Shown: in pieces, positions 41,001 through 52,052 of the stretch
How positions within the stretch are numbered: position 1 is the stretch's first letter
How the letters are laid out: each line of letters begins with the position of its first letter
Assembly: GCF_018350175.1 (NCBI RefSeq)
Contig: NC_058368.1
Coordinates: forward strand, 56,856,001 to 56,920,000
Source: Felis catus
Lineage: Eukaryota
Direction of reading: 5' to 3'
DNA: 64,000 nucleotides
Translations under genes and position numbers: made by a program
Notes under the pieces: model-generated
The model's database searches: none
What the model saw: the letters and a program-made list of their open reading frames with translations, nothing else
What the model was told of the DNA's origin: nothing

Positions 41001-41836
41001 TCATTTTCGTTTGTTTCCATATATTTTTTAATTTCTTCTCTAATTGCCTGGTTGACCCACTCATTCGTTAGTAGGGTGTTCTTTAACCTCCATGCCTTTG
41101 GAGGTTTTCCAGACTTTTTCCTGTGGTTGATTTCAAGCTTCATAGCATTGTGGTCTGAAAGTATGCATGGTATAATTTCAATTCTTGTAAACTTATGAAG
41201 GGCTGTTTTGTGACCCAGTATGTGATCTATCTTGGAGAATGTTCCATGTGCACTCGAGAAGAAAGTATATTCTGTTGCTTTGGGATGCAGCGTTCTAAAT
41301 ATATCTGTCAAGTCCATCTGATCCAATGTCTCATTCAGGGCCCTTGTTTCTTTATTGATCGTGTGTCTAGATGATCTGTCCATTTCTGTAAGTGGGGTGT
41401 TAAAGTCCCCTGCAATTACCACATTCTTATCAATAAGATTGCTTATGTTTATGAGTAATTGTTTTATATATTTGGGGGCTCCGGTATTCGGCGCATAGAC
41501 ATTTATAATTGTTAGCTCTTCCTGATGGATAGACCCTGTAACTATTATATAATGTCCTTCTTCATCTCTTGTTACAGCCTTTAATTTAAAGTCTAGTTTG
41601 TCTGATATAAGTATGGCTACTCCAGCTTTCTTTTGGCTTCCAGTCGCATGATAAATAGTTCTCCATCCCCTCACTCTCAATCTAAAGGTGTCCTCAGGTC
41701 TAAAATGAGTCTCTTGTAGACAGCAAATAGATGGGTCTTGTTTTTTTATCCATTCTGATACCCTATGTCTTTTGGTTGGTGCATTTAATCCATTTACATT
41801 CAGTGTTATTATAGAAAGATACGGGTTGAGAGTCAT
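38012..41836 (-). CDS. L1 ORF2p (APE endonuclease, reverse transcriptase, Cys-rich domain), 1274 aa from the ATG of MTLNPYLS
   Basis: Uninterrupted ORF with EN motifs NVNGLN, QETH, YAPN, GDFNTP, KIDH and SDH, PIP-like [16 protein letters not shown] and [18 protein letters not shown]. The track ORF starts at an upstream GTG (41890); the first ATG is at 41836. Confidence 0.97.
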   Translation of the reverse strand: MTLNPYLSIITLNVNGLNAPTKRHRVSEWIKKQDPSICCLQETHFRPEDTFRLRVRGWRTIYHATGSQKKAGVAILISDKLDFKLKAVTRDEEGHYIIVTGSIHQEELTIINVYAPNTGAPKYIKQLLINISNLIDKNVVIAGDFNTPLTEMDRSSRHTINKETRALNETLDQMDLTDIFRTLHPKATEYTFFSSAHGTFSKIDHILGHKTALHKFTRIEIIPCILSDHNAMKLEINHRKKSGKPPKAWRLKNTLLTNEWVNQAIREEIKKYMETNENENTTIQTLWDAAKAVLRGKYIAIQAYLKKQEKSQIQNLTAHLKELEAEQQRQPKPSRRREIIKIRAEINNIESKKTVEQINETKSWFFEKINKIDKPLARLLKKKREMTQIDKIMNENGIITTNPSEIQTIIREYYEKLYANKLDNLEEMDKFLNTHTLPKLNQEEIESLNRPITSEEIESVIKNLPTNKSPGPDGFPGEFYQTFKAEIIPILLKLFQEIEREGKLPDSFYEASITLIPKPDRDPVKKENYRPISLMNMDAKILNKILANRIQRHIKRIIHHDQVGFIPGMQGWFNIRKSINVIHHINKKKEKNHMILSIDAEKAFDKIQHPFLIKTLEKVGIEGTYLKIIKAIYEKPTANIILNGEKLRAFSLRSGTRQGCPLSPLLFNIVLEVLASAIRQQKEIKGIKIGKDEVKLSLFADDMILYMENPIDSTKSLLELIQEFSKVAGYKINVQKSVAFLYTNNEATERQIKKLIPFTIAPRSIKYLGINLTKDVKDLYAENYRKLMKEIEEDLKKWKDIPCSWIGKINIVKMSILPKAIYTFNAIPIKIAPAFFSKLEQAILKFIWNHKRPRIAKGILKKKTKAGGITIPDFSLYYKAVIIKTAWYWHRNRHIDQWNRIETPELDPQTYGQLIFDKAGKNIQWKKDSLFNKWCWENWTATCRRLKLDHFLTPFTKINSKWIKDLNVRQETIKTLEEKAGKDLSDLSRSNLLLDTSPKARELKAKVNYWDLMKIKSFCTAKETTNKTKRQPTEWEKIFANDISDKGLVSKIYKELTKLHTRKTNNPVKKWAENMNRHFSKEDIRMANRHMKRCSASLLIREIQIKTTLRYHLTPVRVAKMNKSGDSRCWRGCGETGTLLHCWWECKLVQPLWKAVWRFLRKLKIDLPYDPAIALLGIYPRDTGVLMHRATCTPMFIAALSTIAKLWKEPKCPSTDEWIKKLWFIYTMEYYVAMRKNEIWPFVATWMELESVMLSEISHTEKDRYHMVSLLCGP

Positions 41837-41886
41837 TGTGATGTCTGTATGATTTATGCTTGTAGTGATGTCTCTGGGACTTTGTC

Positions 41887-42780
41887 TCACAGGGTCCCCC
41901 TTAGGATCTCTTGTAGGGCTGGTTTAGTGGTGACAAATTCCTTCAGTTTTTGTTTGTTTGGGAAAACCTTTATCTCTCCTTCTATTCTAAATGACAGACT
42001 TGCTGGGTAAAGGATTCTCGGCTGCATATTTTTTCTGTCTAGCACCCTGAAAATCTCCTGCCAATTCTTTCTGGCCTGCCAAGTTTCAAAAGAGAGATCA
42101 GTCACGAGTCTTATAGGTCTCCCTTTATATGTGAGGGCACGTTTACCCCTTGCTGCTTTCAGAATTTTCTCTTTATCCTTGTATTTTGCCAGTTTCACTA
42201 TGATATGTTGTGCAGAAGATCGATTCAAGTTACGTCTGAAGGGAGTTCTCTGTGCCTCTTGGATTTCAATGCCTTTTTCCTTCCCCAGTTCAGGGAAGTT
42301 CTCAGCTATTATTTCTTCAAGTACCCCTTCAGCACCTTTCCCTCTCTCTTCCTCCTCTGGGATACCAATTATGCGTATATTATTTCTTTTTAGTGTATCA
42401 CTTAGTTCTCTAATTTTCCCCTCATACTCCTGGATTTTTTTATCTCTCTTTTTCTCAGCTTCCTCTTTTTCCATAACTTTATCCTCTAGTTCACCTATTC
42501 TCTCCTCTGCCTCTTCAAGCCGAGCTGTGGTGGTTTCCATTTTGTTATGCATTTCGTTTAAAGCGTTTTTCAGCTCCTCGTGACTGTTCCTTAGTCCCTT
42601 GATCTCTGTAGCAAGAGATTCTCTGCTGTCCTGTATACTGTTTTCAAGCCCAGCGATTAATTTTATGACTATTATTCTAAATTCACTTTCTGTTAAATTA
42701 TTTAAATCCTTTTTGATCAGTTCATTAGCTGTTGTTATTTCCTGGAGATTCTTCTGAGGGGAATTCTTCCGCTTGGTCAT
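41887..42780 (-). CDS. L1 ORF1p (coiled-coil, RRM, CTD RNA-binding protein), 297 aa from the ATG of [10 protein letters not shown]
   Basis: Open frame with heptad coiled coil, [13 protein letters not shown] and YPASLS motifs. The stop lies 50 nt upstream of the ORF2 ATG. Confidence 0.95.
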   Translation of the reverse strand: MTKRKNSPQKNLQEITTANELIKKDLNNLTESEFRIIVIKLIAGLENSIQDSRESLATEIKGLRNSHEELKNALNEMHNKMETTTARLEEAEERIGELEDKVMEKEEAEKKRDKKIQEYEGKIRELSDTLKRNNIRIIGIPEEEERGKGAEGVLEEIIAENFPELGKEKGIEIQEAQRTPFRRNLNRSSAQHIIVKLAKYKDKEKILKAARGKRALTYKGRPIRLVTDLSFETWQARKNWQEIFRVLDRKNMQPRILYPASLSFRIEGEIKVFPNKQKLKEFVTTKPALQEILRGTL

Positions 42781-43710
42781 TTTGGATAGTCCCTGGCGTG
42801 GTGAGGACCTGCAGGGCACTTCCCCTGTGTTGTGGTGTATAACTGGAGTTGGTGGGCGGGGCCGCAGTCAGACCTGATGTCTGCCCCCAGCCCACCGCTG
42901 GGGCCACAGTCAGACTGGTGTGTGCCTTCTCTTCCCCTCTCCTAGGGGCGGGATTCACTGTGGGGTGGTGTGGCCCGTCTGGGCTACTTGCACACTGCCA
43001 GGCTTGTGATGCTGGGGATCTGGCGTATTAGCTGGGGTGGGTAGGCAAGGTGCACGGGGGTAGGAGGGGCAGGCTTAGATCGCTTCTCCTTAGGTGATCC
43101 TCTTCAGGAGGGGCCCTGTGGCAGCGGGAGGGAGTCAGATCCGCTGCCGGAGGTTTGGCTCCGCAGAAGCACAGAGTTGGGTGTTTGCGCGGAGCGAGCA
43201 AGTTCCCTGGCAGGAACTGGTTCTCTTTGGGATTTTGGCTGGGGGATGGGCGGGGGAGATGGCGCTGGCGAGCGCCTTTGCTCCCCACCAAGCTGAGCTC
43301 TGTCGTCAGGGGGCTCAGCAGCTCTCCCTCCCTTTGTCCTCCAGCCTTCCCGCTTTCCGAGCAGAGCTGTTAACTTATGACCTCCCAGACGCTAAGTCGC
43401 GCTTGTTGTGGGAACACAGTCCGTCAGGCCCCTCCGCTTTTGCCAGCCAGACTCGGGGGCTCTGCTTGGCCGGCGAGCCGCCCCTCCGCCCCGGCTCCCT
43501 CCCGCCAGTCCGTGGAGCGCGCACCGCCACGCCGCCCTTCCTACCCTCTTCCGTGGGCCTCTCGTCTGCGTTTGGCTCCGGCGACTCCGTTCTGCTAATC
43601 CTCTGGCGGTTTTCTGGGTTATTTAGGCAGGTGTAGGTGGAATCTAAGTGATCAGCAGGACGCGCGGTGAGCCCAGCGTCCTCCTAAGCCGCCATCTTGC
43701 CGCTTCTCCC
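42781..43710 (-). promoter_or_regulatory. L1-B 5'UTR / internal Pol II promoter (CpG island-like) with YY1 motif CAAGATGGCGG near 43689-43699
   Basis: GC/CpG-rich stretch in an AT-rich background. The YY1 consensus sits about 12 nt from the element 5' end, as in other mammalian L1s. Confidence 0.85.
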
Positions 43711-43740
43711 AGGTCTGCCTACTTCTAAAAGAGGAAGAAA

Positions 43741-43762
43741 GGGAGAGAGAGTGAAAGAGAGA

Positions 43763-43823
<61 letters not shown>

Positions 43824-43841
43824 AAAGAAAGAAGAAAGAAA
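43741..43841. repeat. (GA)n/(AAAG)n purine microsatellite
   Basis: Directly visible next to the L1-B TSD. Confidence 0.95.
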
Positions 43842-44052
43842 ATATGACTACCTGTGTAACATATAGCCCATTAAAAACACATGCCTTTCAGATGTGTACA
43901 TAGCTGGAATTAAAACAAAAATAGTTACCTTTGTAAATGATTACCATTTTCTGACTTTAAATTATGTTTGTCTCTTGATGAGTGTTGTTTTTTCTTTCAT
44001 CACTTGGAAGTGAGTGAAGTAAGTAAGTAGAAAAGTGTTTTTCTAAATTTTA

Positions 44053-44277
44053 TTTTATTTATTTTTTTATTTTTTTAATGTTTGTTTATTTTTGAGAGAG
44101 AAAGACAGAGCGTAAGCAGGGGAGGGGCAGAGAGAGAGGGACACACAGAATCTGAAGCAGGCTCCAGGCTCTGAGCTATCAGCACAGAGCCTCACTTGGG
44201 GCTCAAACCCACAAACTGTGAGATCACGACCTGAGCTGAAGTTGGATGCTAAACCCACTGAGCCACCTAAGTGCCCC
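44053..44277 (-). mobile_element. Can-SINE
   Basis: 17-bp TSD tgtttttctaaatttta at 44036-44052 and 44278-44294. Confidence 0.95.
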
Positions 44278-45112
44278 TGTTTTTCTAAATTTTAGGAAAT
44301 CATCACATATTTACTGTCTATTCTAGGTAGTTAGCACTAGTCTGTCTTAGGAATTGAGAACTTTTTCATTTCTGCTTTTTTTGTTTTTGGTGTTCATTGG
44401 ATAAAATTCTTACTTTTGATAGTAAAATACCCATCAACATTTTTGCTTTAATTTATGTTTATTTGGGGTATCTTTAACAAATTGAATCCTTTTTCCTCAT
44501 GTATTTTAATGATCCTATAACTTTCATGTTTATTCTTTAAATCCAGTAAACTGAATGAATTGATGGTGAAATATTAAAACAACTATGCACTTCTGGAATA
44601 ATCTACTTTGGGATGTACTAGCTTTTTTTATATACATTTCTGGATTATTTTTTCTAATACTTTGTTATGGATGTTTTTATCTATATCCACAAGATATCAA
44701 TGGATCAGTTGATAGATAAATAGCAATGCATTCTATCAGTAGTTGTCTGATTACAGAATCAGGTAATGCTGGCCTCTAAAAATGAGTTGATAAATATATC
44801 CTCCTTCTCTAGTCTTTAAATGTTTGGTAAAATTCACCAGAGAATTGATCATGGTGTAGAAAATTCTTTTCAATAATGTTTTTCATTATGAATTCAATTT
44901 TTACATAGATGTTCAGATAGATAAAATAATATTGTGGGTTTTTTTCTCTATGTTCATTTTGGTCTGTCAATTACACTTAAAATATTTGAAGCCCTGTCAT
45001 TAGGCACATCGCCATCTATGATAGTTATCTGTTTTTTATCATTGATTCTCTTAACATTATACAGTCTTCTATCTCTGATAATGCAACTTGTCTTAGCGTC
45101 TATAATTGCTGA

Positions 45113-45626
45113 TGATGGGGTTTTGAGGTGATGGAGCAGGGGAGTTCGGAGCAATGGCCAAGAAAGAATTCTTGAAGACTTCTTTGGTGCAAAAAAAGTG
45201 ATTTTATTAAAGCATGGGGGACAGGACCCATGGGCCAAAAGAGCTGCACTGGGGTTGTGAAAAGTGACTGGTTATATACTATGAAGTTGGGGGAGATAAA
45301 GTCAAGAGGAAGTTTCTCACACATTACTGGAGGCTAAGCTATTGTCAAACTAAGGTGGTTTTTCCCTCTAGCAAAGCATTAATATTAACCCAATAGGGAG
45401 TTCCTGGACTTTAGGCTATTGGTAAAATTGCCCTATTTTTGTAATTGTACTAAGATATTTATAAACTGATGGAAACTCTTTTCAGTTTAACAGTTTGTTT
45501 TCTGACCCTTCCTTTGTTCTTGGGCAACCAGAAGTGCCTGAGGAATATCACACATATCCCACCTGGGGGTGGGGGGGTGTGCTAGCTTGTGCTTTGTCCT
45601 CAGCTTGCCTTTTAGTCCCCTCATCA
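45113..45626 (-). mobile_element. Solo ERV LTR (carnivore LTR family), 514 bp
   Basis: TGATG...CATCA inverted termini, 5-bp TSD gctga at 45108-45112 and 45627-45631, TATA and AATAAA on the minus strand. Confidence 0.9.
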
Positions 45627-46488
45627 GCTGATAATATTGTTTTATCTGCTTTTTTTCATGCATAGTATTTGTTATAGTTCTTTCTTCCACCTACTTTCAA
45701 CATGTTTGTTACTTTATATAGAATGTATGTTGCTTGCAGATGATACATAAATTTTTTATTAAGCTGATATCTTCTTTTATTGAAATGTTTAGGAAGATCA
45801 TGTGGTGTTCAAGTCTGAAGTCTTGCTCTTTGTTGTGTACTGGGTCCCTCCAACCTTTGTTACTTTATTCTTCCTTTCTTGACTCATTATGTTTGACTCA
45901 AATATTTGCATTTGAATTCCATTTTATCTACTTTCTTAGATTGTGGTTCTGCTATTTTTATATTTTAGTGACTATTCTAGGTATTACAATATCTACCAAT
46001 AATTATCACAGTCTACCTCCAAGTGACAATATAGTCCCTCTTGCATAAATAAGTAAACTTATTATATATTATCACATACACAACTCTTTCCTTGTCTTTT
46101 ATGGATCATAGTTAATTACCTATTTTATTAACATCATAACAGAATATATAATTATATGTATGTTATTGCTTTAAATATTTAGTTGATCATTAAAGAATTT
46201 AACAGGTGGCTCAAAGGAAATATAATAAAGTTTACCCACATGTTATCATTCCAAATAGCAGTCATTCCTTTCTGAATCCTAACTTGCATCTAGTACCATT
46301 TTTCTTCATATATCATATTAAATAAAATAAAGGACAAAAAAAAACACTTGATCACAGTCATTGCATAAAAACTTTTTAGAAGTTAGCACACTTTCATAAT
46401 AAAAATACCGAGCAAACTAGGGTTAAAAGGTAACCTCCTCAAACTCACAAAGGGTGTTTACAAAAAGTTTAGACATAATTGCAGTCTT

Positions 46489-46936
46489 TTTTTTTTCAAC
46501 ATTTATTCATTTTTGAAAGACAGAGAGAGACAGAGCACAAACAGGGGAGGGCTAGAGAGAGGGAGACACAGAATCCAAAGCAAGCTCTAGGCTCCAGACT
46601 GTCAGCACAGAGCCTGATGTGGGGCTCGAACTCACAGACCATGATTCATGACCTGAGCTGAAGTCGGCCGCTTAACTGACTGAGCCACCCAGGCGCCCCA
46701 TAGATAATTTCAGTCTTTTTTTTTTTTTTAATGTTTTTATTTATTTTTGAAAGAGAGAGAGAGACAGAGCATGAGCGGGAGAAGAGCCGAGAGAGAGGGA
46801 GAAGTAGAATCCGAAGCAGGCTCCAGGCTCTGAGCTGTCAGCACAGAGCTCGATGCAGGGCTCGAACTCACAAACTGTGAGTTCATGACCTGAGCTGAAG
46901 TCGGACTCTTAGGCAACTGAGCCACCCAGATGCCCC
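46489..46936 (-). mobile_element. Two tandem Can-SINEs (46489-46699 and 46718-46936)
   Basis: Three copies of the target ataatt(g/t)cagtctt bracket and separate them. Confidence 0.95.
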
Positions 46937-48058
46937 AATAATTGCAGTCTTAATGGTGAAAAGACTTATGGGTTGCTGATAAGATTAGAAAGACTGTGTT
47001 GGCTCTCACCATTTCCATTCATCATTATACTGGAAGTTCTAGCCAGTGTTATCAGGAAAATAAAAGAAAAAACTAAATAAATGCCAGCCAGATTGGAAAG
47101 AAAGAGATTTAAAGGTGTATTTGTTTGTCTATTTGTTCTTCTGATCATATGATCTTAGAAGTAATCCATTAAAATCCAAAAAAAACAAAAACAAAAAGCT
47201 GCTAGAAATAATGAGGTCAACAAGTTCATAGGATATAAGATCCAGATACCAAAACCAATTGATTTCTAGACATTAGTAATGAAAAATCCAAAAATGATTC
47301 CAAAATTGTTTTACTTATCTTTGTATTATTTTTCTTTCTTTTATGTATAAAACATCCTTTCAATTCTAGAATTAAGTAAATATTCTCCCAAATTTCCCTT
47401 TAGTTTTTGTATGATTTTTCATTATATTTAGTTATTTAATCTTACCTGTTATTTAGACAAATTTTTCTAAGTAATAAAGGAAATTACTCAGAAATATTAC
47501 CAGATTAACTTTAAGCTTTATTGTATTATTTCGTTATATTATTTTATTAATGGCAAATATATAAACAGGGGAAATGAAAAAAAATTGATTAAACTTATCA
47601 ATTAATATTTATCCCAACTAGACTGCCATATCTGATTTTCTTCCCTTTTTTTGAGGATGTGTTGAATTTGCCTGTTACTTCTTCTGAATGCTTTCAAAAT
47701 ACTTTAGCTATGGTTAAGAAATGATGCCAGTTTTTACTCTGAAGATGTATCAAATATAAAAAATAAAGTGCACAAACATCTTGGCAATATTTTGTTTTCC
47801 TACACAAGAACATGATGGGTTTCTATAAATGCTCAATATCTCTGAGATAAGTTTCTGGATTTATTTACTTTTAAGATAAGACAATAAAACAAATGACTCA
47901 AAAGATTTGTCTATAGCTATATCCATTTACTCAAGAAGAAAATATTTATTTGGCTATAGACTTCTGTGGAGTTGAGGCCACATCCAAGTGTACATACTAT
48001 AAATTTTACCTAAGCGCCTTCTTTGATCTTAGCAGAAGCCTGCAGAGGTCATGTACAC

Positions 48059-48221
48059 CCCTGCTACTTAGGGTGTGATCTTCAGACCAGTGGCATCTGT
48101 ATTGCCTACAAACTTGTGAGAAACAGAACCCCAGGCCTACTTCTGACCTACTGAAATAGGACCCACATTTTAACAAGATCCCCAGGTGATTCTTATGCAC
48201 TTTCAAGTTTAAGAGGCACTG
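48059..48221. mobile_element. MER5A-like hAT-Charlie MITE
   Basis: gacctactgaa, cattttaacaagatccccaggtgattcttatgcac and aagtttaagaggcactg. Confidence 0.8.
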
Positions 48222-48599
48222 ATTAATGCCACCTATAACTTATAGCTAGAAAACAACTTCAAGGAGGAACAAACCACAATATAGTGGAAATAGTGCTATT
48301 GCCAATATTGGTAAATATAAGATTTTTCCCGTTATTAATGACATTTGTTGGAATTGGTCTTTAAGCACAACTTAGTTTACTAAAGGCCCATTTAATTGCA
48401 GTGCAAGTTTTATGAATGTTGGAGACTGTGTAACATAAAGCATCACTTGTAAAGGTATATCCCAAATTCTGAATACAAGAGAGAAGCTCAGTAATTGTTT
48501 TTGGACAAAATAGTGAATGAGTGATTTAATGAATGGCTATGAAAGTGAACTAAAATGAAAATACAAGTCTCAACACTTCTCTGTTAAAGAAATAAATAT

Positions 48600-49132
48600 C
48601 TGTTATTAGAATACTATTCATTATCTCACAGTATCCATGTGTCAACTCTGGGTGCATGTTACATGGGTCCTCAGCCCAGGGTCTAATCAGGTTGCAGTCA
48701 GTACCACTCAGTGTTACAATCTCATCTGAAGCTCAGAGTCTTTCTCTGTCCAACTTACTTGTTCAAAGATTTCAGTTCCTATTATTTAACAGACTAAAGT
48801 CCCTGCTTTCTTGCTGGGTGTCAGCTGGGATCTGTTCTCAGCTACTAGAGACAGCTAGCCATTCCCTGCCTTGGTTTTTGGCCCTTTCTACAACATGGCA
48901 CTTTGCTTCTTCCACTCTAACAAGAGAGTCTTTCTCCAGTCTTCTATGGTGGAGTCCTGTATGATATAATACTGTTAGTATTATGACTCTCTCATCGTTT
49001 TGATCACATAACATGATCTCATCAAGGCAGCAGCTATCCAGAGTTGAGCCCATTTATATTTAAGAAGAGGGGAACACACAATGCATCGGCATCAGAGAAT
49101 CTTGGGGAACATCTTTGAATTCTGCCAGCACA
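48600..49132. mobile_element. MLT1-type MaLR LTR relic
   Basis: ttatctcacagt, gggtcctcagcccagggtct, tctcatctgaagctc and aattctgccagcaca. Confidence 0.65.
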
Positions 49133-51949
49133 GAATTCACATATGAAGAAACTTATAAAAGAACACAAAAACTTCCTTGACCTCAAAGAACTGACTCAGA
49201 AGCCCTAAGAACACATCCCAAAATCTATTTTTCTGCTTCCAGAAAGATACAAGTCACAAAATGATACTAAGTCACAAAGATAATACATTGAACACTCCAG
49301 TTTTTACTAAAAAGTATGTTTTCCCTAATACATATCCAGTATGTTCCATATATATTCCTGTGTTTGTAAGTGAAGTTTTTACTAATGTGTTCTATCCATC
49401 AAATACTTGAAATATAATATCATTCCTTCTCTTAATTTTACCTTCTTTGAGCCGAATAAAATACAAAGTGCTGGTTATATGATGCTTGCTGCTATACGCA
49501 ATAATATTCTAGTGCATTTATTAGATTTTTAAAGAGTCAGACTGTAAAAAAATACTAAACAATGAAAAGTCTGATAATTTGGAAAGAAGAATATGATTTG
49601 GTGAAAATGCAAATTTAATTGGAAAAGCCACACACATTCACTGTAGGGCTAGATTATTTTAAAAGGTAATTCATTTGATAGAATTTTATGGTATACATTA
49701 TGTAAGAATGATACTTCAAAATAATTTAAGAGGCTTTTTTTCTGCCTTTCTCTAAACTGTTAAAATCAGAAGATGGAAGAACATGAAAATGTGATACCTT
49801 TGCCTTGATTATTACCTTTCAATCATATAATAATATCATGCCAAGCTGTTATAAGCCAGTGCAGATCAAGGAAATAAAAAGACAGAATTATACATGACTA
49901 CTAAAAATAATTTTTACAGGAATTAACCTTGAGACAAGTGTAATAAGTATAAACTACTTCTCTGTAAAGATAATGCATTTGGCTTTTTTTTTTCTTTCTT
50001 CATTCTTACAAACTGATTTTCCCACGGAGTGTTAATAATAAATAAGTTATTGTCATTAAAACTACATGGACCTTGGTTGAGAATGGGTCTCGGTGGTAAC
50101 CTTAGAAGCTGACTTTAATAAACTCATTTTCATTTTTCTTCATTTTATTAAAGCCCAAAATGCATAGAGTAACCATAATTTCAATGAACACAATTGTATT
50201 GTCAAAAAATTGTTTGATGACAAATGAATCTTATTTTTTAAAGAATCTCTCATGATAATTTTGATTGCTCATTATCACATATGCTATACCTTTGATTTGG
50301 CAGTTTTCATTTCCATTGTATGTTTTTTTTCAGGGCTTCGCACAATGCAAGACAATGATATAACTCAGTGGCTTGGATATCCTGGCACAGTATCTAAGGT
50401 CTCACAGCACACTGCGTGGTTTAATAGAACTCCTCTGTTCTTACACCATAGCAAAGTCCGTAGGCAAAGTGAGACTGAAATTTTAGGATAGGGCTTCAAG
50501 GTGTATCTGGTCTTTTAGCCCCTATGCAATGGAGTTTCAAAATAATGTGACTTGCATCTTAATGGCATATGTAAGAACCCAAAATTTAAATACTTTTTTT
50601 CCCATTTGAGGAACATATTGATTTTAATAACTCCAAATGTAATGCAACCCACACACTCTCACATATTAACACCCCCAGAGCATACTTCCTATGATAAGTT
50701 CAATATTTCATACAACAAATGACTAATGATTATTCTGACCTAAATATCAGTGATGCCTTACCATCTGTTGTTCCTGGCAGAAATGTCCAGGCCTCAGGAG
50801 ACCTGGCAGAAAGGGCTGAAGAGACAGACGCATCTGAGGTATCCACATCACTCTCTGCAGTGCCTATATGTCCCTTCTCTCTTCTGACATGGTCCACTAA
50901 GGACCTTTCGTGAACATGAGTAGCATGGTACCTGCTCTTTTACCACACACTCTTCTTGCCTTATCAGTATCTTCACAGCATTGTGAGTAAGATAAATGGA
51001 GACAAGATGGGCAAGAATGGGAAGGACATGAGCAGGGTGGGGTCATGGTCAGTGGTCAGTGAAATGGTCAGTGCTTTTCTTGGGCAGAGACTTGGCTGGA
51101 AGCACAGTCTATTAATTATAGCAACTCTGGGATGCCCATGATCCATGTATTGTGGAAGCTAGATAGTCCATCTATGTAGAGCTGAATATCTACATTTTGT
51201 AGTTGAAAGAGTCTCTAAGAAACATGTTGAATATACAGATCCAAAGTCTAATTCATACAGATTTGGTCTCAGTAGTAAAGGGGAAAGCAATGAAATTAGC
51301 ATTTTAACAACCAACCCAGTGTCTTTCAAGAACAGACATTCCAAATCATCAAACTGTATGACTCAGTATAGAAATTTACAGATCATTGGCTCCCATGACA
51401 CTCAGGGGTTCTGAGAGGAAGGAGAGAATCTTTGGAAAGCCATAAATGTGGTTTACTTTCTTTTTTTCCTGGGAAAGGGGTAAAAAAAAAAAAAAACAAA
51501 ACTGGAACTCCTCATGAAGCTGACTCATGACTACAAATCTGAAAAGTTTTAACTGTTCCAAAGTATGCCTGTCCCCAAGAAAAGAACATTTAGTTTTGTA
51601 GTAACCAAAATAAAGAAGTTTAAATGTTTTAACTTTCTGGAAGTAGGCTCTTTATCCTTTTAAAATACTTTCAAACATATATTTAGAAAATATAGTATCT
51701 ATAGAATTAAAGGACTGAATGTTTAAAGTGGGTAAATGTTTTCTGGCACTGTACTTTTTGGAACCAACCTCTGGACCTCTATTTTAAATAGTCTGAGTGG
51801 TGGGAAATAATCATAGCATCCAAATATAGGTTTATTTTGTACAAGACACTGCTATTTGCTTTATATCACTGCTTTCTGTTTTGTCTAAAACAATTCCCTT
51901 CTTTGGGAAAAGAGCTAGGATACTTCAGGATGGTTGAGGAAGCTAGCCC

Positions 51950-52052
51950 AAGTGACCACAATATTAGCATATCTAATATAAAGTCCATAATGTTAGCATA
52001 TTTAATATAAAAGTGACCACAATATTAGCATATCTAATATAAAAATCCATAA
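51950..52052. repeat. Minisatellite-like repeat: about 30-bp units arranged with a 61-bp period
   Basis: aagtgaccacaatattagcatatctaatataa occurs at 51950 and 52011 with a variant unit between. Confidence 0.9.

Larger units (their letters stand above)
37771..43710 (-). mobile_element. Full-length, apparently intact feline LINE-1 (L1-B), about 5.94 kb
   Basis: CpG-rich 5'UTR starting GGGAGAAGCGGCAAGATGGCGG, open ORF1 and ORF2, G-rich 3'UTR, AATAAA (+ strand tttatt near 37799-37804) and a poly(A) tail. Perfect 16-bp TSD aggtctgcctacttct at 37755-37770 and 43711-43726; EN-type site TTCT/AAAA. Confidence 0.98.
44480..47310. mobile_element. Old L1M fragments: minus-strand part (about 44480-46320) and plus-strand ORF2 part (about 46320-47310), interrupted by an LTR and two SINEs
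   Basis: ggtaatgctggcctctaaaaatgagttg (antisense ORF2) and ctggaagttctagccagtg (sense ORF2 RT region). Confidence 0.65.

Noticed and set aside
38850..42583. Plus-strand hydrophobic ORFs of 85-150 aa, duplicated in L1-A
   Set aside because: They are antisense shadows of the A-rich L1 ORF1 and ORF2.
42725..43291. Sense-strand ORFs in the L1 5'UTR (77 and 87 aa)
   Set aside because: They have non-ATG starts in GC-rich DNA and no recognisable motifs.
26607..43710. Segmental or tandem duplication as the origin of the two L1s
   Set aside because: TSDs, flanks and 5' ends differ, so they are independent insertions.
50335..50840. Plus-strand acceptor-like sites (ttttttcag near 50334, cctggcag near 50780)
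   Set aside because: Downstream donors are weak and there is no coding signal.
51950..52052. CRISPR-like palindromic repeats
   Set aside because: There are no unique spacers and no cas genes, and the context is mammalian.
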